A stretch of DNA of 24,000 nucleotides from an uncultured Alphaproteobacteria bacterium (lineage in GTDB: Bacteria > Pseudomonadota > Alphaproteobacteria > ATCC43930 > CGMCC-115725), in contig CAWBJW010000001.1 of the NCBI GenBank assembly GCA_963789255.1, forward strand, positions 459,157-483,156. Reading direction: 5' to 3'. This document shows positions 1 to 8,377 of the stretch, piece after piece. The position numbers and the translations under genes were made by a program. Below the pieces are notes generated by a model. That model made no database searches, was not told where the DNA came from, and worked only from the letters and a program-made list of their open reading frames with translations. Positions within the stretch are counted from its first letter, which is position 1, and every line of letters begins with the position of its first letter.

Positions 1-2
1 CG

Positions 3-651
3 CGCAGCGAGGGGGTCCCGCTGATCCGCGCCGATCAGCACCCGGACAAGGTCCGGCCGGAGCAGCCGGGCGGCCTGAAGATCCCCGATCAAAACGTCTC
101 GATCTTCAACGAGACGCCGGGCGGGCCGCCGGTCGAAAAACTGCTGCCCGCGCCGGAACAGCCGATGCCGCGTCCCGCGCCGGAACAAGCGACGCCGCGT
201 CCGGCGCCGGCCGCGTCCGCCGCCATATCATCGCCGCCGCCGTCGGCCAACCCGCCGGTCGCCGCGCCTGCCTCACCGCAGGCGTCGCCGATCGCCAAGC
301 CGGCGGCGGTCTCCGCAACGGCCCGCCAGCGCCGGCCGTCCAGGGAGGCGCCGCACGCCAAAGCGGCGGCGATCACGGCATCAGCCGCCCGAGCCGGCAG
401 GGGAACGCCGGTTCGCGTTCGAGCTCGGCGCGGTGCGCAGCCCCGAAGCGGCCCGCGCGGAATGGGCCCGGCTGAAGCGCGAGCACCCCGATCTCTTGGG
501 CAGGCTCACCGCGGTGGCGGTCCGTGCCGATCTCGGCGACAAGGGCATCTTCTATCGCATCGAGGCCGGGGCGTTCAGCGACGCCGCTGCCGCCGATCGG
601 CTGTGCGGCGCGTTGAAGCGGCGCAATCTCGGGTGCGCCGTTGCGCGATGA
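3..651 (+). pseudogene. SPOR domain-containing protein. The 5' end lies outside the window, and the reading frame switches from frame 3 to frame 1 near 400-403.
   Basis: Frame 3 from base 3 reads GVPLIRADQHPDKVRPEQPGGLKIPDQNVSIFNE followed by a Pro/Ala-rich linker. Frame 1 from about 400 reads GERRFAFELGAVRSPEAARAEWARLKREHPDLL...GIFYRIEAGAFSDAAAADRLCGALKRRNLGCAVAR, a typical SPOR fold signature. GC3 bias favours frame 3 up to about 395. Confidence 0.7.
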
Positions 652-1702
652 GGCGGCCGAACCCTCCGAAAGGCGGCCGCGCGCGGTGGTCCTGGGCTGC
701 GCCGGCGAGCGGTTGACCCCGGAGGAAGGTCGCTTCTTTGCCGCCGCGGACCCGCTCGGCTTCATCCTGTTTCGGCGCAATTGCCGGACGCGCGATCAGC
801 TGCGCGCGCTGGTTGCCGAATTGCGCCGCTGTGTCGCGCGCGCCGATGCGCCGGTGCTGGTCGATCAGGAGGGCGGCCGGGTCGCCCGATTAACGCCGCC
901 GGAATGGCGCGCCTATCCGGCCGCCGCGCAGATCGCTTCATTGCCGGACCCGCTCGCCGCGGAAGCGGCACGGCTCGGCGCCCGGCTGATCGCCGACGAC
1001 CTCGCCGCGCTCGGCATCACCGTCGATTGCGCGCCGGTGCTCGACCTGCCGGCGCGCGACGCCAACCCGGTGATCGGCGACCGCGCCTTCGGCACCGAGC
1101 CGGCGCGGGTGGTGCGGCTCGGCCGGGCGTTCTGCGAGGGTCTGCTTGCCGGCGGCGTGCTGCCGGTCATCAAGCATATCCCCGGGCATGGCCGCGCGCG
1201 GGTCGACAGCCATCATGCCTGCCCGCGGGTCGAGGCGAACCGCGCGGTCCTTGCGCACAGCGATTTTGCGCCGTTCCGCGCGCTCTCGGCGATGCCGTGG
1301 GCGATGACCGCGCATATCGTCTTCGCGGCGATCGACGATACCGCGCCGGCGACGTTTTCGCGGCGGGTGATAGACACGATCGTCCGCGGCGACATCGGGT
1401 TCGGCGGCGTCTTGCTGTCCGACGACATTTCGATGGGAGCACTCGATGGCGGGTATGGCGAACGCACCCTGCGGGCTCTCGATGCCGGCTGCGATCTGGT
1501 GTTGCACTGCAGCGGGGTCATCGCCGAAATGGCCGAAATCGTGACCGTCGCCCCGCCGATCTCGCCGGCGGCCCAGGCTCGGATCGCCCGCGCCGAAGCG
1601 CTGCGCCGGCGCTGGCGCGAGGACATCGACCGCCGCGCCGCGGGGCTGCGCTTTGCCGAACTGATGGCAAGAGCGCCGAGAGCGGGGCAGTTGCGCCAAT
1701 GA
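641..1702 (+). CDS. nagZ: beta-N-acetylhexosaminidase (glycoside hydrolase family 3, NagZ)
   Basis: 353-aa ORF with the GH3/NagZ hallmarks VLVDQEGGRVARL and IKHIPGHGRARVDSHHACP. The start is a TTG at 641 and is uncertain. It overlaps the SPOR stop by 11 nt. Confidence 0.9.
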   Translation: MRDEAAEPSERRPRAVVLGCAGERLTPEEGRFFAAADPLGFILFRRNCRTRDQLRALVAELRRCVARADAPVLVDQEGGRVARLTPPEWRAYPAAAQIASLPDPLAAEAARLGARLIADDLAALGITVDCAPVLDLPARDANPVIGDRAFGTEPARVVRLGRAFCEGLLAGGVLPVIKHIPGHGRARVDSHHACPRVEANRAVLAHSDFAPFRALSAMPWAMTAHIVFAAIDDTAPATFSRRVIDTIVRGDIGFGGVLLSDDISMGALDGGYGERTLRALDAGCDLVLHCSGVIAEMAEIVTVAPPISPAAQARIARAEALRRRWREDIDRRAAGLRFAELMARAPRAGQLRQ

Positions 1703-2394
1703 TCGCATCGGGCAATTTGATGGCGAGCTTGCGCGAGGCGACCACCTGGGTCTTGCCGGTCATCTTTGCCGTGACATTTCACGAGGCGGCGCACGGCTTT
1801 GTCGCCTACCGGTTTGGCGACGACACGGCATATCGGGCCGGGCGCATGACCTTGAACCCGCTGGCGCATGTCGATCCTTTCGGCACCGTGCTGCTGCCCG
1901 CGCTGCTCTTCGTGAGTTCGGGCTTTCTGTTCGGCTACGCGAAGCCGGTTCCGGTCAATTTCGGCCGGTTGCATCATCCGCGGCGCGATACGGTCCTGGT
2001 CGCGCTGGCCGGGCCGGCGATGAACATCCTGCTGGCGATCATCTCCTCGCTGTTGTTTTACGGGGTCGACTGGATACCGTCGGGCGCAGCGCAGTGGGCG
2101 GCGGCAAATCTGGTCCATTCGATCCAGCTCAACGCCGTGCTGTGCGTCTTCAACATGCTGCCGTTTCCTCCGCTTGACGGCGGCCGGGTTGCGGTCGGCA
2201 TCCTGCCGCGCTTCCTGGCGGTTCCGCTTGCCCGGGTCGAGCCCTACGGCATGCTTATCCTGCTGGCGCTTTTTATCGTTTCCTATGCCGGCGCGCGCAG
2301 CGGGTTCCATTTCAACCTGCTCGGATGGCTGATCGGGGTGCCGGCCGATGCGCTGATCCAATTCGTGCTGAAGCTGACGGGGCAGGGCGGTTGA
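1699..2394 (+). CDS. site-2 protease family (M50) membrane metalloprotease
   Basis: The ATG at 1699 overlaps the nagZ stop (ATGA). It has the HExxH motif (FHEAAHGF), several hydrophobic helices and the downstream NMLPFPPLDGG motif typical of M50. The 781-1698 part of the tracked ORF is an out-of-frame shadow of nagZ. Confidence 0.85.
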   Translation: MIASGNLMASLREATTWVLPVIFAVTFHEAAHGFVAYRFGDDTAYRAGRMTLNPLAHVDPFGTVLLPALLFVSSGFLFGYAKPVPVNFGRLHHPRRDTVLVALAGPAMNILLAIISSLLFYGVDWIPSGAAQWAAANLVHSIQLNAVLCVFNMLPFPPLDGGRVAVGILPRFLAVPLARVEPYGMLILLALFIVSYAGARSGFHFNLLGWLIGVPADALIQFVLKLTGQGG

Positions 2395-3195
2395 GCGCGG
2401 CGGACCGTTCTCGCGCCGGGCCGGCTTGCGCGAATCCGGGCGAGGAGCCGGCGCTCTTCCTCGATCTCGACGGCTATGAGGGGCCGATCGACCTCTTGCT
2501 CGCCCTGGCGCGCGAGCAGAAGGTCGATCTCGCCAAGCTGTCGATCCTGGCCTTGGCCGACCAGTATCTCGCCTTCATCGCCGCGCAACACCGCCTGCGT
2601 CTCGAGATCGCCGCCGATTATCTGGTCATGGCGGCATGGCTCGCCTACCTCAAATCCCGCCTGCTGCTGCCCGAGCCGCCGGTCGACGATGACGGCCCGA
2701 GCGGGGAGGAACTGGCCGCGGCATTGAGCCATCGCCTGCAGCCTGCTCGCCGCGATGCAGCGTGCCGGCGCCGCGCTGATGGCAGGCCCGCAACTCGGCC
2801 GCGACGTGTTCCTGCGCGGCATGCCGGAGGGGCTCGCGAGGGTCGACCGCCCGGTCTACCAACTGAGCCTCTATGAGCTGCTGGCCGCGTATGGCGAGGG
2901 CCATCGGCGCAGCCGCGCCCGCGTGCTGACGATCGAGGCGCCGGCGTTTCACTCGCTCGACGAGGCGTTGCGCCACCTCGGCCAATTCGTCGGCCAGGTT
3001 CGCGAATGGCGCGAGCTGGCGGCCTTTCTGCCGGCGGAACTGCGCGGTGCGGTGTTTCGCCGTTCGGCGCTCGCCGCGACCTTCGCCGCGACGTTGGAGC
3101 TGACCCGCACCGGGCAGATCGAACTGCGCCAGGACCGCCCGTTCGGGCCGATCTATCTGCGCAGCCCGGCAGCGCGCCGGGGCGACGCGGCATGA
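2391..3195 (+). pseudogene. scpA: segregation and condensation protein A (ScpA), split by an apparent 1-nt insertion at about 2742
   Basis: Frame 3 reads LFLDLDGYEGPIDLLLALAREQKVDLAKLSILALADQYLAFI...EELAAALSHRLQ. Frame 1 continues LLAAMQRAGAALMAGPQLGRDVF...LELTRTGQIELRQDRPFGPIYLR. Removing one C of CC 2742-2743 gives a continuous ScpA of about 267 aa. The putative TTG start at 2391 overlaps the M50 stop (TTGA), so the start is uncertain. Confidence 0.85.
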
Positions 3196-3785
3196 GCGGG
3201 CATCAGCAGCAGCTGCGCTTGCTCGAAGCGCTGCTCTTTGCCGCACCCGAGCCGCTGGCCGAGGACGATCTTGCGCAGCGGCTTGACGCCGCCGCGGATG
3301 TTGCCGCGCTGCTGCGCGAGCTTGCCGCATGCTATGCCGGGCGCGGGGTGAACCTGGTTCGCCTTGCCGGCGGCTGGACCTTTCGCACCGCGCCGGATCT
3401 CGCCGCGCAGCTGAAGAGCGAGCGGATCGTGTCGCGCAAATTGTCGCGCGCCGCGGTCGAGACCCTGGCGATCATCGCCTATCACCAGCCGGTCACCCGT
3501 GCCGAGATCGAGGCGATCCGCGGGGTCGCGCTGGCGCGCGGCAGCCTCGACAGGCTGATGGAGGCAGGCTGGGTGCGACCCCAGGGACGGCGCGACACAC
3601 CGGGCCGGCCGCTCAATTGGGTGACGACCCCGGGCTTTCTCGCCCATTTCGGGCTCGACGGCCTTAACGAATTGCCCGGGATCGCCGAGCTGCGCGCGGC
3701 GGGGCTGCTCGACATCGGGCCGGCGGTGCTCGGCGAGGCGGCGGAGCCGGTCGCCGAAGAGGCCGAGCCGGGCGAATTCGATTGA
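3192..3785 (+). CDS. scpB: segregation and condensation protein B (ScpB)
   Basis: The ATG at 3192 overlaps the scpA stop (ATGA). LLEALLFAAPEPL, LSRAAVETLAIIAYHQPVTRAEIEAIRGV and GRRDTPGRPLNWVTTPGFLAHFGL are classic ScpB winged-helix motifs. Confidence 0.9.
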   Translation: MSGHQQQLRLLEALLFAAPEPLAEDDLAQRLDAAADVAALLRELAACYAGRGVNLVRLAGGWTFRTAPDLAAQLKSERIVSRKLSRAAVETLAIIAYHQPVTRAEIEAIRGVALARGSLDRLMEAGWVRPQGRRDTPGRPLNWVTTPGFLAHFGLDGLNELPGIAELRAAGLLDIGPAVLGEAAEPVAEEAEPGEFD

Positions 3786-3843
3786 GGCGCGCATCGAAGG
3801 GTAGCGGCATGGTGTCGTTGCGGAGCCGGATGACCATCCCCGC

Positions 3844-3950
3844 GTCCGTCGAGACGCCCGCGTTGCGGGCTCCTCAGGATGACGCTCTTGCTTAATGCCA
3901 TCATAGACTTACGTCATCCTGAGGAGCGCCGAAGGCGCGTCTCGAAGGAC
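3844..3950. repeat. REP/RIME-like composite palindromic intergenic element
   Basis: The left arm gtccgtcgagacgc...ctcctcaggatgacg (3844-3884) is the reverse complement of the right arm cgtcatcctgaggag...gcgtctcgaaggac (3912-3950). The core is a perfect 15 bp and the outer 14 bp has 1 mismatch. Each arm carries its own small hairpin (gcccgc-gtt-gcgggc; gcgcc-gaa-ggcgc). Confidence 0.8.
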
Positions 3951-4083
3951 GCAAGGTGGCGACGCAGCCCCGCAGCGAGACAGGAGTGCAAAGCGCCCGC
4001 GATTGCCGCTGCCGCGGCTTTCTGAGATAAATCGCGCGCATTGCGGAGCAATCTGATGCTGTCCCCACGTTGCCGATCTCGCG

Positions 4084-4608
4084 ATGCTGCTTGATATCGG
4101 CTGGCCGGAACTGATGCTGATCGGGGTCATCGCGCTCGTTGTGATCGGGCCGAAGGACCTGCCGCGGGCCATGCGGGTTGCGGGTTTCTGGGTGCGCAAG
4201 GCGCGCACCCTGTCGCGCGAGTTCCAGAGCAGCATCGACCAGATGATCCGCGAGGCCGAACTCGATGAAGTGCGCGAGGAACTGAAGAAGGCGAGCGAGT
4301 TCGACATCCAAAAGGAGGTCCACAACACGATCGACCCGACCGGCAGTCTGGCCGACAGCATCAGGCCGCCGGATCTGCCGGATTATTTCGAGCAGCCGCC
4401 GGGAGCGGCCGAGCCCGCCGCAGCAGAACCGGTGCCGGCGCTTCCGGCGCCCGCTGAAACCGCTTTGCCCGACCCGACGGCTTCTATCGAGAGCACGCCG
4501 GAACCGTCGATGACCCAGCCTCCCGGCGCGCCCGAGCATTCCTCCGCTGCGGCGCCGGCGCCGGCCCCCGAGCCGACGCCCGAGCCGCCAAAGCCGCCAA
4601 AGCCGTAA
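4084..4608 (+). CDS. tatB: Sec-independent (twin-arginine) translocase subunit TatB
   Basis: The N-terminus MLLDIGWPELMLIGVIALVVIGPKDLPRAMRVAGFWVRKARTLSREFQ matches the TatB pattern: a TM helix, the GP hinge and an amphipathic helix. The tail is Pro/Ala/Glu-rich and low-complexity. Confidence 0.85.
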   Translation: MLLDIGWPELMLIGVIALVVIGPKDLPRAMRVAGFWVRKARTLSREFQSSIDQMIREAELDEVREELKKASEFDIQKEVHNTIDPTGSLADSIRPPDLPDYFEQPPGAAEPAAAEPVPALPAPAETALPDPTASIESTPEPSMTQPPGAPEHSSAAAPAPAPEPTPEPPKPPKP

Positions 4609-4642
4609 CCCTCGCGATGAAGCACTCTTCCGTCAAAAATTA

Positions 4643-4737
4643 TCGTCACCCCCGCGCAAGCGGGGGTCCAGGGCGGCCGGCGGTGTCCTGGCCCATTGGA
4701 TTCCCGCTTGCGCGCCGGGCTGTGCGGGAAAACCTTG
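4643..4737. repeat. REP-like element pair (cccccgcg-caa-gcggggg hairpin arm plus ggattcccgcttgcgcg... arm)
   Basis: tcgtcacccccgcgcaagcgggggtccaggg (4643-4673) and ttggattcccgcttgcgcgccgggctgtgcgggaaaa (4697-4737) resemble the 'gtcat(t/c)cccgcgcaggcggg(g/a)atccag' palindromic units common in alphaproteobacterial intergenic DNA. That family assignment is from memory. Confidence 0.6.
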
Positions 4738-4795
4738 GCGCTGCCGTTTCGATGCGCGGAGATGGGCCTGGCGACAAAAAAGCCCCCGTGCGCGG

Positions 4796-4870
4796 GCTTG
4801 ACCCGGCCATCCACGTCTTCCGGCCGCAGCGACTTGATTGTGAACAAAGACGTGGATGGCCGGGTCAAGC
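4796..4870. repeat. perfect 24-bp inverted repeat (REP/MITE-like hairpin)
   Basis: gcttgacccggccatccacgtctt (4796-4819) is the exact reverse complement of aagacgtggatggccgggtcaagc (4847-4870), with a 27-nt spacer. When translated, the arms give the 'LDPAIHVF / DVDGRVKPG' pseudo-peptides often seen for this repeat family. Confidence 0.85.
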
Positions 4871-4973
4871 CCGGCCAAGGGGCATCTTGGGTTGCTGCAC
4901 GTTTCCGGGTACGGCCGAATTCGGTTTACCGGATAGCCTTGCGCTTTCGCGGGAATGACGCGAGGGGTTGGCG

Positions 4974-5811
4974 ATGGCCGAGGACGACGACAAAGACGAC
5001 GAACTCGAAGGCGGCCGGATGCCGCTTCTCGATCATCTGACCGAGCTGCGCAACCGGCTGATCTGGTCGTTTGGGGCGATCGCCGTCACGTTTCTCGTCT
5101 GCTACCAGTTCAAGACGTACATCTACGAGTTTCTGGCGCACCCGCTCTTCGCGATCCTTGGCGCCGAGCCCGGGCGCAAGATGATCTTCACCGGTCTGAC
5201 CGAGGCCTTCTTCACCTACATCAAGGTGTCGTTCTGGGCGGCGATCTGCCTGTCTTTTCCGATCATCGCCTGGCAGGTGTGGAAATTTGTTGCACCCGGT
5301 CTTTACAAGACCGAGCGGGGCGCCTTTCTGCCCTACCTGTTCGCGACCCCGGTTCTGTTCATCCTGGGCGCCTCGCTCGCCTATTTCGTCGTGATCCCGT
5401 TCGCGTTCCGGTTTTTCCTCAGCTTCGAGACGCCGGGCGGACCGGGCCAGCTGCCGATCGTCTCGGAGCCCAAGGTCAACGAGTATTTGTCGCTGGTGAT
5501 GACCCTGCTGTTCGCCTTTGGGGTCGCCTTTCAGACTGCCGGTGCTGCTGACCCTGATGGCGCGGGTCGGGCTGGTCACATCAGCCGGCCTTGCCTCCAA
5601 GCGGCGCTATGCGATTGTCGGCATGTTCGCTATCGCCGCCGTCCTGACCCCGCCCGACATCGTCAGCCAGACCTGCCTCGCGGTGCCGCTGGTCCTCCTG
5701 TACGAGGTGTCGATCATCGCCTGCCGCATGGTCGAGAAGGCGCGGGCCAAGCGCGAGGCCGAGGAAGAGGCCGAGCTTGCCGGCGGCGGCAAGCCCGCCG
5801 CGGGAGAGTAG
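4974..5811 (+). pseudogene. tatC: twin-arginine translocase subunit TatC, split by an apparent 1-nt insertion at 5535
   Basis: Frame 3 reads MPLLDHLTELRNRLIWS...LSLVMTLLFAFGVAFQ. Frame 1 continues LPVLLTLMARVGLVTSAGLASKRRYAIVGMFAIAAVLTPPDIVSQ. Deleting a5535 (cag-a-ctg) restores the conserved FGVAFQLPV junction. An ATG lies at 4974, and the tracked start at 4968 is a TTG. Confidence 0.9.
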
Positions 5812-5865
5812 CTCCTGTGGTGCAGGATGGGTTTCGCGTTGCTGATCCCAACCTGCGGCCCTGCG

Positions 5866-6696
5866 TCAATCGTTGAAGAACACCAGGGTCCGCACCTCGA
5901 TGCTTTCGCGCGGCGGCGCATCATCGGGCGATTGCGGGTCGTCGAAGGCGCCGTGCGCGGAAAACCGCGCCGCCCCCGAACGCGCCGAGTCGAAGCAGCG
6001 GATCAGCACAAACTCGTCGGCCTGCATCTTCGGGAAATAATACCAGCGCTGCCCCGGATTGTAGGTCACCGAATAGGTCTCGCCGACCCGGTCTGGATAG
6101 CGCAGGTCGGAGGCGACGAGGTTTTCCTCGGCAAGGGTCTGCGCGTCGCACAGCGCCAGCGGCGATCGCAACAGCGGGCCGCGGATCGGCCGCCACAGAT
6201 TGATCTCGGCGTAGCGATGCTTCAGGAGTTCCTCGGCGTCCGCGCCCATCAGGTCGCGCACCCGCTGCGGCGCCGATTTCGCCGTATAGTCGTTGTGCAC
6301 CCGGCTCGCCGGCAGCTTGATCGTGTTGCCCTTGGCGGAGAGGGCGGCGTTGCGCGCGATGTGGTCGAAGGCGACGACCCGTCTGGCGCCGGTCGCCTCG
6401 CGGATCACCCGCTCGCATTCGGCGTAGTAGAGCGAGGTGACCTCTGCGTCGTCATACAGATCGGTCGCCGCGGTCGGCCGGTGCAGCAGGATGAAACCCT
6501 CGCGGTCGAGCGACAGCCGATCGGCCACGGCGCGCGCGTCAAGAATCTTCACCTGGCGGGTTTCCTGGCGCGTGTTGCGTACCGGAACGCCCGGCGGCGG
6601 CTCGTAATTGTACGAGTACGGCTTTTCCGCCATCGGCTCGGTAAAGTTGAGCGGTGCGACGACGCCCTTTGCGTCCGCCATTGCCAAGCCGTCCAT
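5866..6696 (-). CDS. CmcJ/NvfI-family oxidoreductase-like protein
   Basis: The ATG at 6696 is preceded by ggaggg. The protein (KPYSYNYEPPPGVP...ILDAR...LDREGF...YYAECERVIREATGARRVVAFDHIARN...SRVHNDYTAKSAPQRVRDLM) matches my recollection of the CmcJ/NvfI (AsaB-like) family. No HMM run was possible. Confidence 0.65.
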   Translation of the reverse strand: MDGLAMADAKGVVAPLNFTEPMAEKPYSYNYEPPPGVPVRNTRQETRQVKILDARAVADRLSLDREGFILLHRPTAATDLYDDAEVTSLYYAECERVIREATGARRVVAFDHIARNAALSAKGNTIKLPASRVHNDYTAKSAPQRVRDLMGADAEELLKHRYAEINLWRPIRGPLLRSPLALCDAQTLAEENLVASDLRYPDRVGETYSVTYNPGQRWYYFPKMQADEFVLIRCFDSARSGAARFSAHGAFDDPQSPDDAPPRESIEVRTLVFFND

Positions 6697-6830
6697 GGAA
6701 CCCTCCGCTTGTTTATTGCGCGCAACGATAACGCATCTTCGCCGCAAATCAGATAGGCATCCGCTAGACTCCCGGCTAGACCTGCATGAGCGCCATGCGT
6801 GGCGGCAAACCGGATCAGGAGGATCGAGAA

Positions 6831-7589
6831 ATGGCAACGCCGCAAAAAATCGCGGTTATCACCGGCGCCGGCAGCGGCATCGGCCGCGCTACCGCGCATG
6901 CCCTGCTCGAAGACGGCTGGACCGTCGTGCTCGCCGGCCGCCGCCGCAACATGCTCGAAGAGACAGCCACCCTGGCCAACGCACCGCCGCCTCGCACCTT
7001 GCCGGTGCCGACCGACGTCTCCGACCCCGCCTCGATCGCCGCGCTGTTCGCTGCGGTGAAACAGACCTACGGCCGCATCGACCTATTGTTCAACAACGCC
7101 GGGACCAGCACCCGCGGCATCCCGTTCGAGGATTTGACCTACGAGCAGTGGATGAGCGTCGTGCAGACCAACCTGACCGGCTCGTTCCTGTGCGCCCAGC
7201 ACGCCTTCCGCATGATGAAGGAGCAGGACCCGCGCGGCGGCCGCATCATCAACAACGGCTCGGTGTCGGCCCATGTGCCGCGGCGCAACTCGACGCCCTA
7301 TGTCGCAACCAAGCACGCGCTGACCGGCCTCACCCGCTCTCTGTCGCTCGACGGCCGCGGGCTCGACATCGCCTGCGGCCAGATCGACATCGGCAACGCC
7401 GCGACCGAGCGCAACACCGACACCTCGGTCGGCCGCCTCCAGGCCACCGGCAAGGTCGAGGCCGAGGCGCGCATCGATGTGCGCCACGTCGCCAACGGGG
7501 TGCGCTACATGGCGAGCCTGCCGCTCGACGCCAACGTGCAGTTCATGACCGTAATGGCGACCAAGATGCCCTATATCGGCCGCGGGTGA
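6831..7589 (+). CDS. SDR family oxidoreductase
   Basis: aggagga lies 8 nt upstream of the ATG. It has the Rossmann motif [16 protein letters not shown], and the catalytic Y-x3-K (YVATKHAL). Confidence 0.85.
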   Translation: MATPQKIAVITGAGSGIGRATAHALLEDGWTVVLAGRRRNMLEETATLANAPPPRTLPVPTDVSDPASIAALFAAVKQTYGRIDLLFNNAGTSTRGIPFEDLTYEQWMSVVQTNLTGSFLCAQHAFRMMKEQDPRGGRIINNGSVSAHVPRRNSTPYVATKHALTGLTRSLSLDGRGLDIACGQIDIGNAATERNTDTSVGRLQATGKVEAEARIDVRHVANGVRYMASLPLDANVQFMTVMATKMPYIGRG

Positions 7590-7592
7590 CGC

Positions 7593-8372
7593 CTACACCC
7601 CGTACCGCTTGCGCCAGGCGAGCCCCTCGACGGTATCGCCCTGCGGGGTGTATTCGCAGCCGATCCAGCCGGCATAGCCGAGTTCGTCGATGCGGCGGAA
7701 CACGAACTCCCAGCCGATCTCGCCGGTGCCCGGCTCGTGGCGGCCGGGAACATCGGCCAATTGCATGTGGTCGATGACCGGCATCAGCTGGGCGAGCCGC
7801 GTCGTCACGTCGCCCTGCGCGGTCTGGCAGTGGTAGAGGTCGAATTGCAGGCCGAGCCGGTCATGCCCGATCGCCGCGACGATCGCCGCGCCCTGCTCCT
7901 GGGTGCGCAACAGATAGCCCGGCGCGTCGCGTGGGTTGAGCGGCTCGATCACCAGCTTGACCCCGGCGGCGAGCCCCTTTTCGCCGGCCCAGGCGAGGTT
8001 GGCGGCGTAGAGCGCCAGCGCGGTGTCGAGCGCCAGGTCCTTGGGCGGCATCCCGGCCATCACATGGACGCACGGGCAGCCGAGCGCGACGGCATAGTCG
8101 AGCGCCTGCCCGATGCTGTCGCGGAAAATGCCCTCGCGCCCGGGCACGCAGGCAAAACCGCGCTCGCCCGCCGCGCGGTTGCCGGCCGGGCTGTTGATCA
8201 GCACCTGCCTCAGGCCGTTGGCGCCGAGCCGGGCGCGCAATTCGGCGGCCGGATACTCATAGGGCGAGGCGAATTCGACCGCGGTGAAGCCGGCGCGCGC
8301 CGCCGCCTCGAACCGATCGAGGAACGGCAGCTCGGGAAACAGAAAGCCAAGATTGGCGGAGAAGCGCGGCAT
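7593..8372 (-). CDS. hydroxypyruvate isomerase-family TIM-barrel protein (Hyi/OtnI-like)
   Basis: MPRFSANLGFLFPELPFLDRFEAAARAGFTAVEF... is the canonical Hyi-family N-terminus. The gene starts 5 nt after the stop of the upstream CMD gene. Confidence 0.8.
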   Translation of the reverse strand: MPRFSANLGFLFPELPFLDRFEAAARAGFTAVEFASPYEYPAAELRARLGANGLRQVLINSPAGNRAAGERGFACVPGREGIFRDSIGQALDYAVALGCPCVHVMAGMPPKDLALDTALALYAANLAWAGEKGLAAGVKLVIEPLNPRDAPGYLLRTQEQGAAIVAAIGHDRLGLQFDLYHCQTAQGDVTTRLAQLMPVIDHMQLADVPGRHEPGTGEIGWEFVFRRIDELGYAGWIGCEYTPQGDTVEGLAWRKRYGV

Positions 8373-8377
8373 GGCCG

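Noticed and set aside
781-1698. N-terminal 306 codons of the tracked 537-aa ORF 781-2394
   Set aside because: This part is out of frame with nagZ and Arg-rich. The real M50 protease starts at the ATG at 1699, which overlaps the nagZ stop.
3786-4083. Hidden tatA gene in the scpB-tatB spacer
   Set aside because: Manual translation of the frames gives no TatA-like hydrophobic helix with an FG hinge. The region is dominated by the palindromic repeat, whose translation gives the familiar pseudo-peptides (…LRAPQDD… / …SSGAPKARLEGR…).
4617-5040. ORFs 4617-4958(+), 4696-5040(+), 4633-4878(-) and 4383-4868(-) in the tatB-tatC spacer
   Set aside because: They are read-throughs of REP-like palindromes; the same peptide appears on both strands because of the inverted repeats. 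They are not genuine genes.
5520-5545. Programmed ribosomal frameshifting as an explanation for the tatC, scpA and SPOR frame changes
   Set aside because: There is no slippery heptamer, no upstream SD-like stimulator and no downstream structure at the junctions. These gene families are not known to use recoding. Simple one-base insertions explain all the cases.
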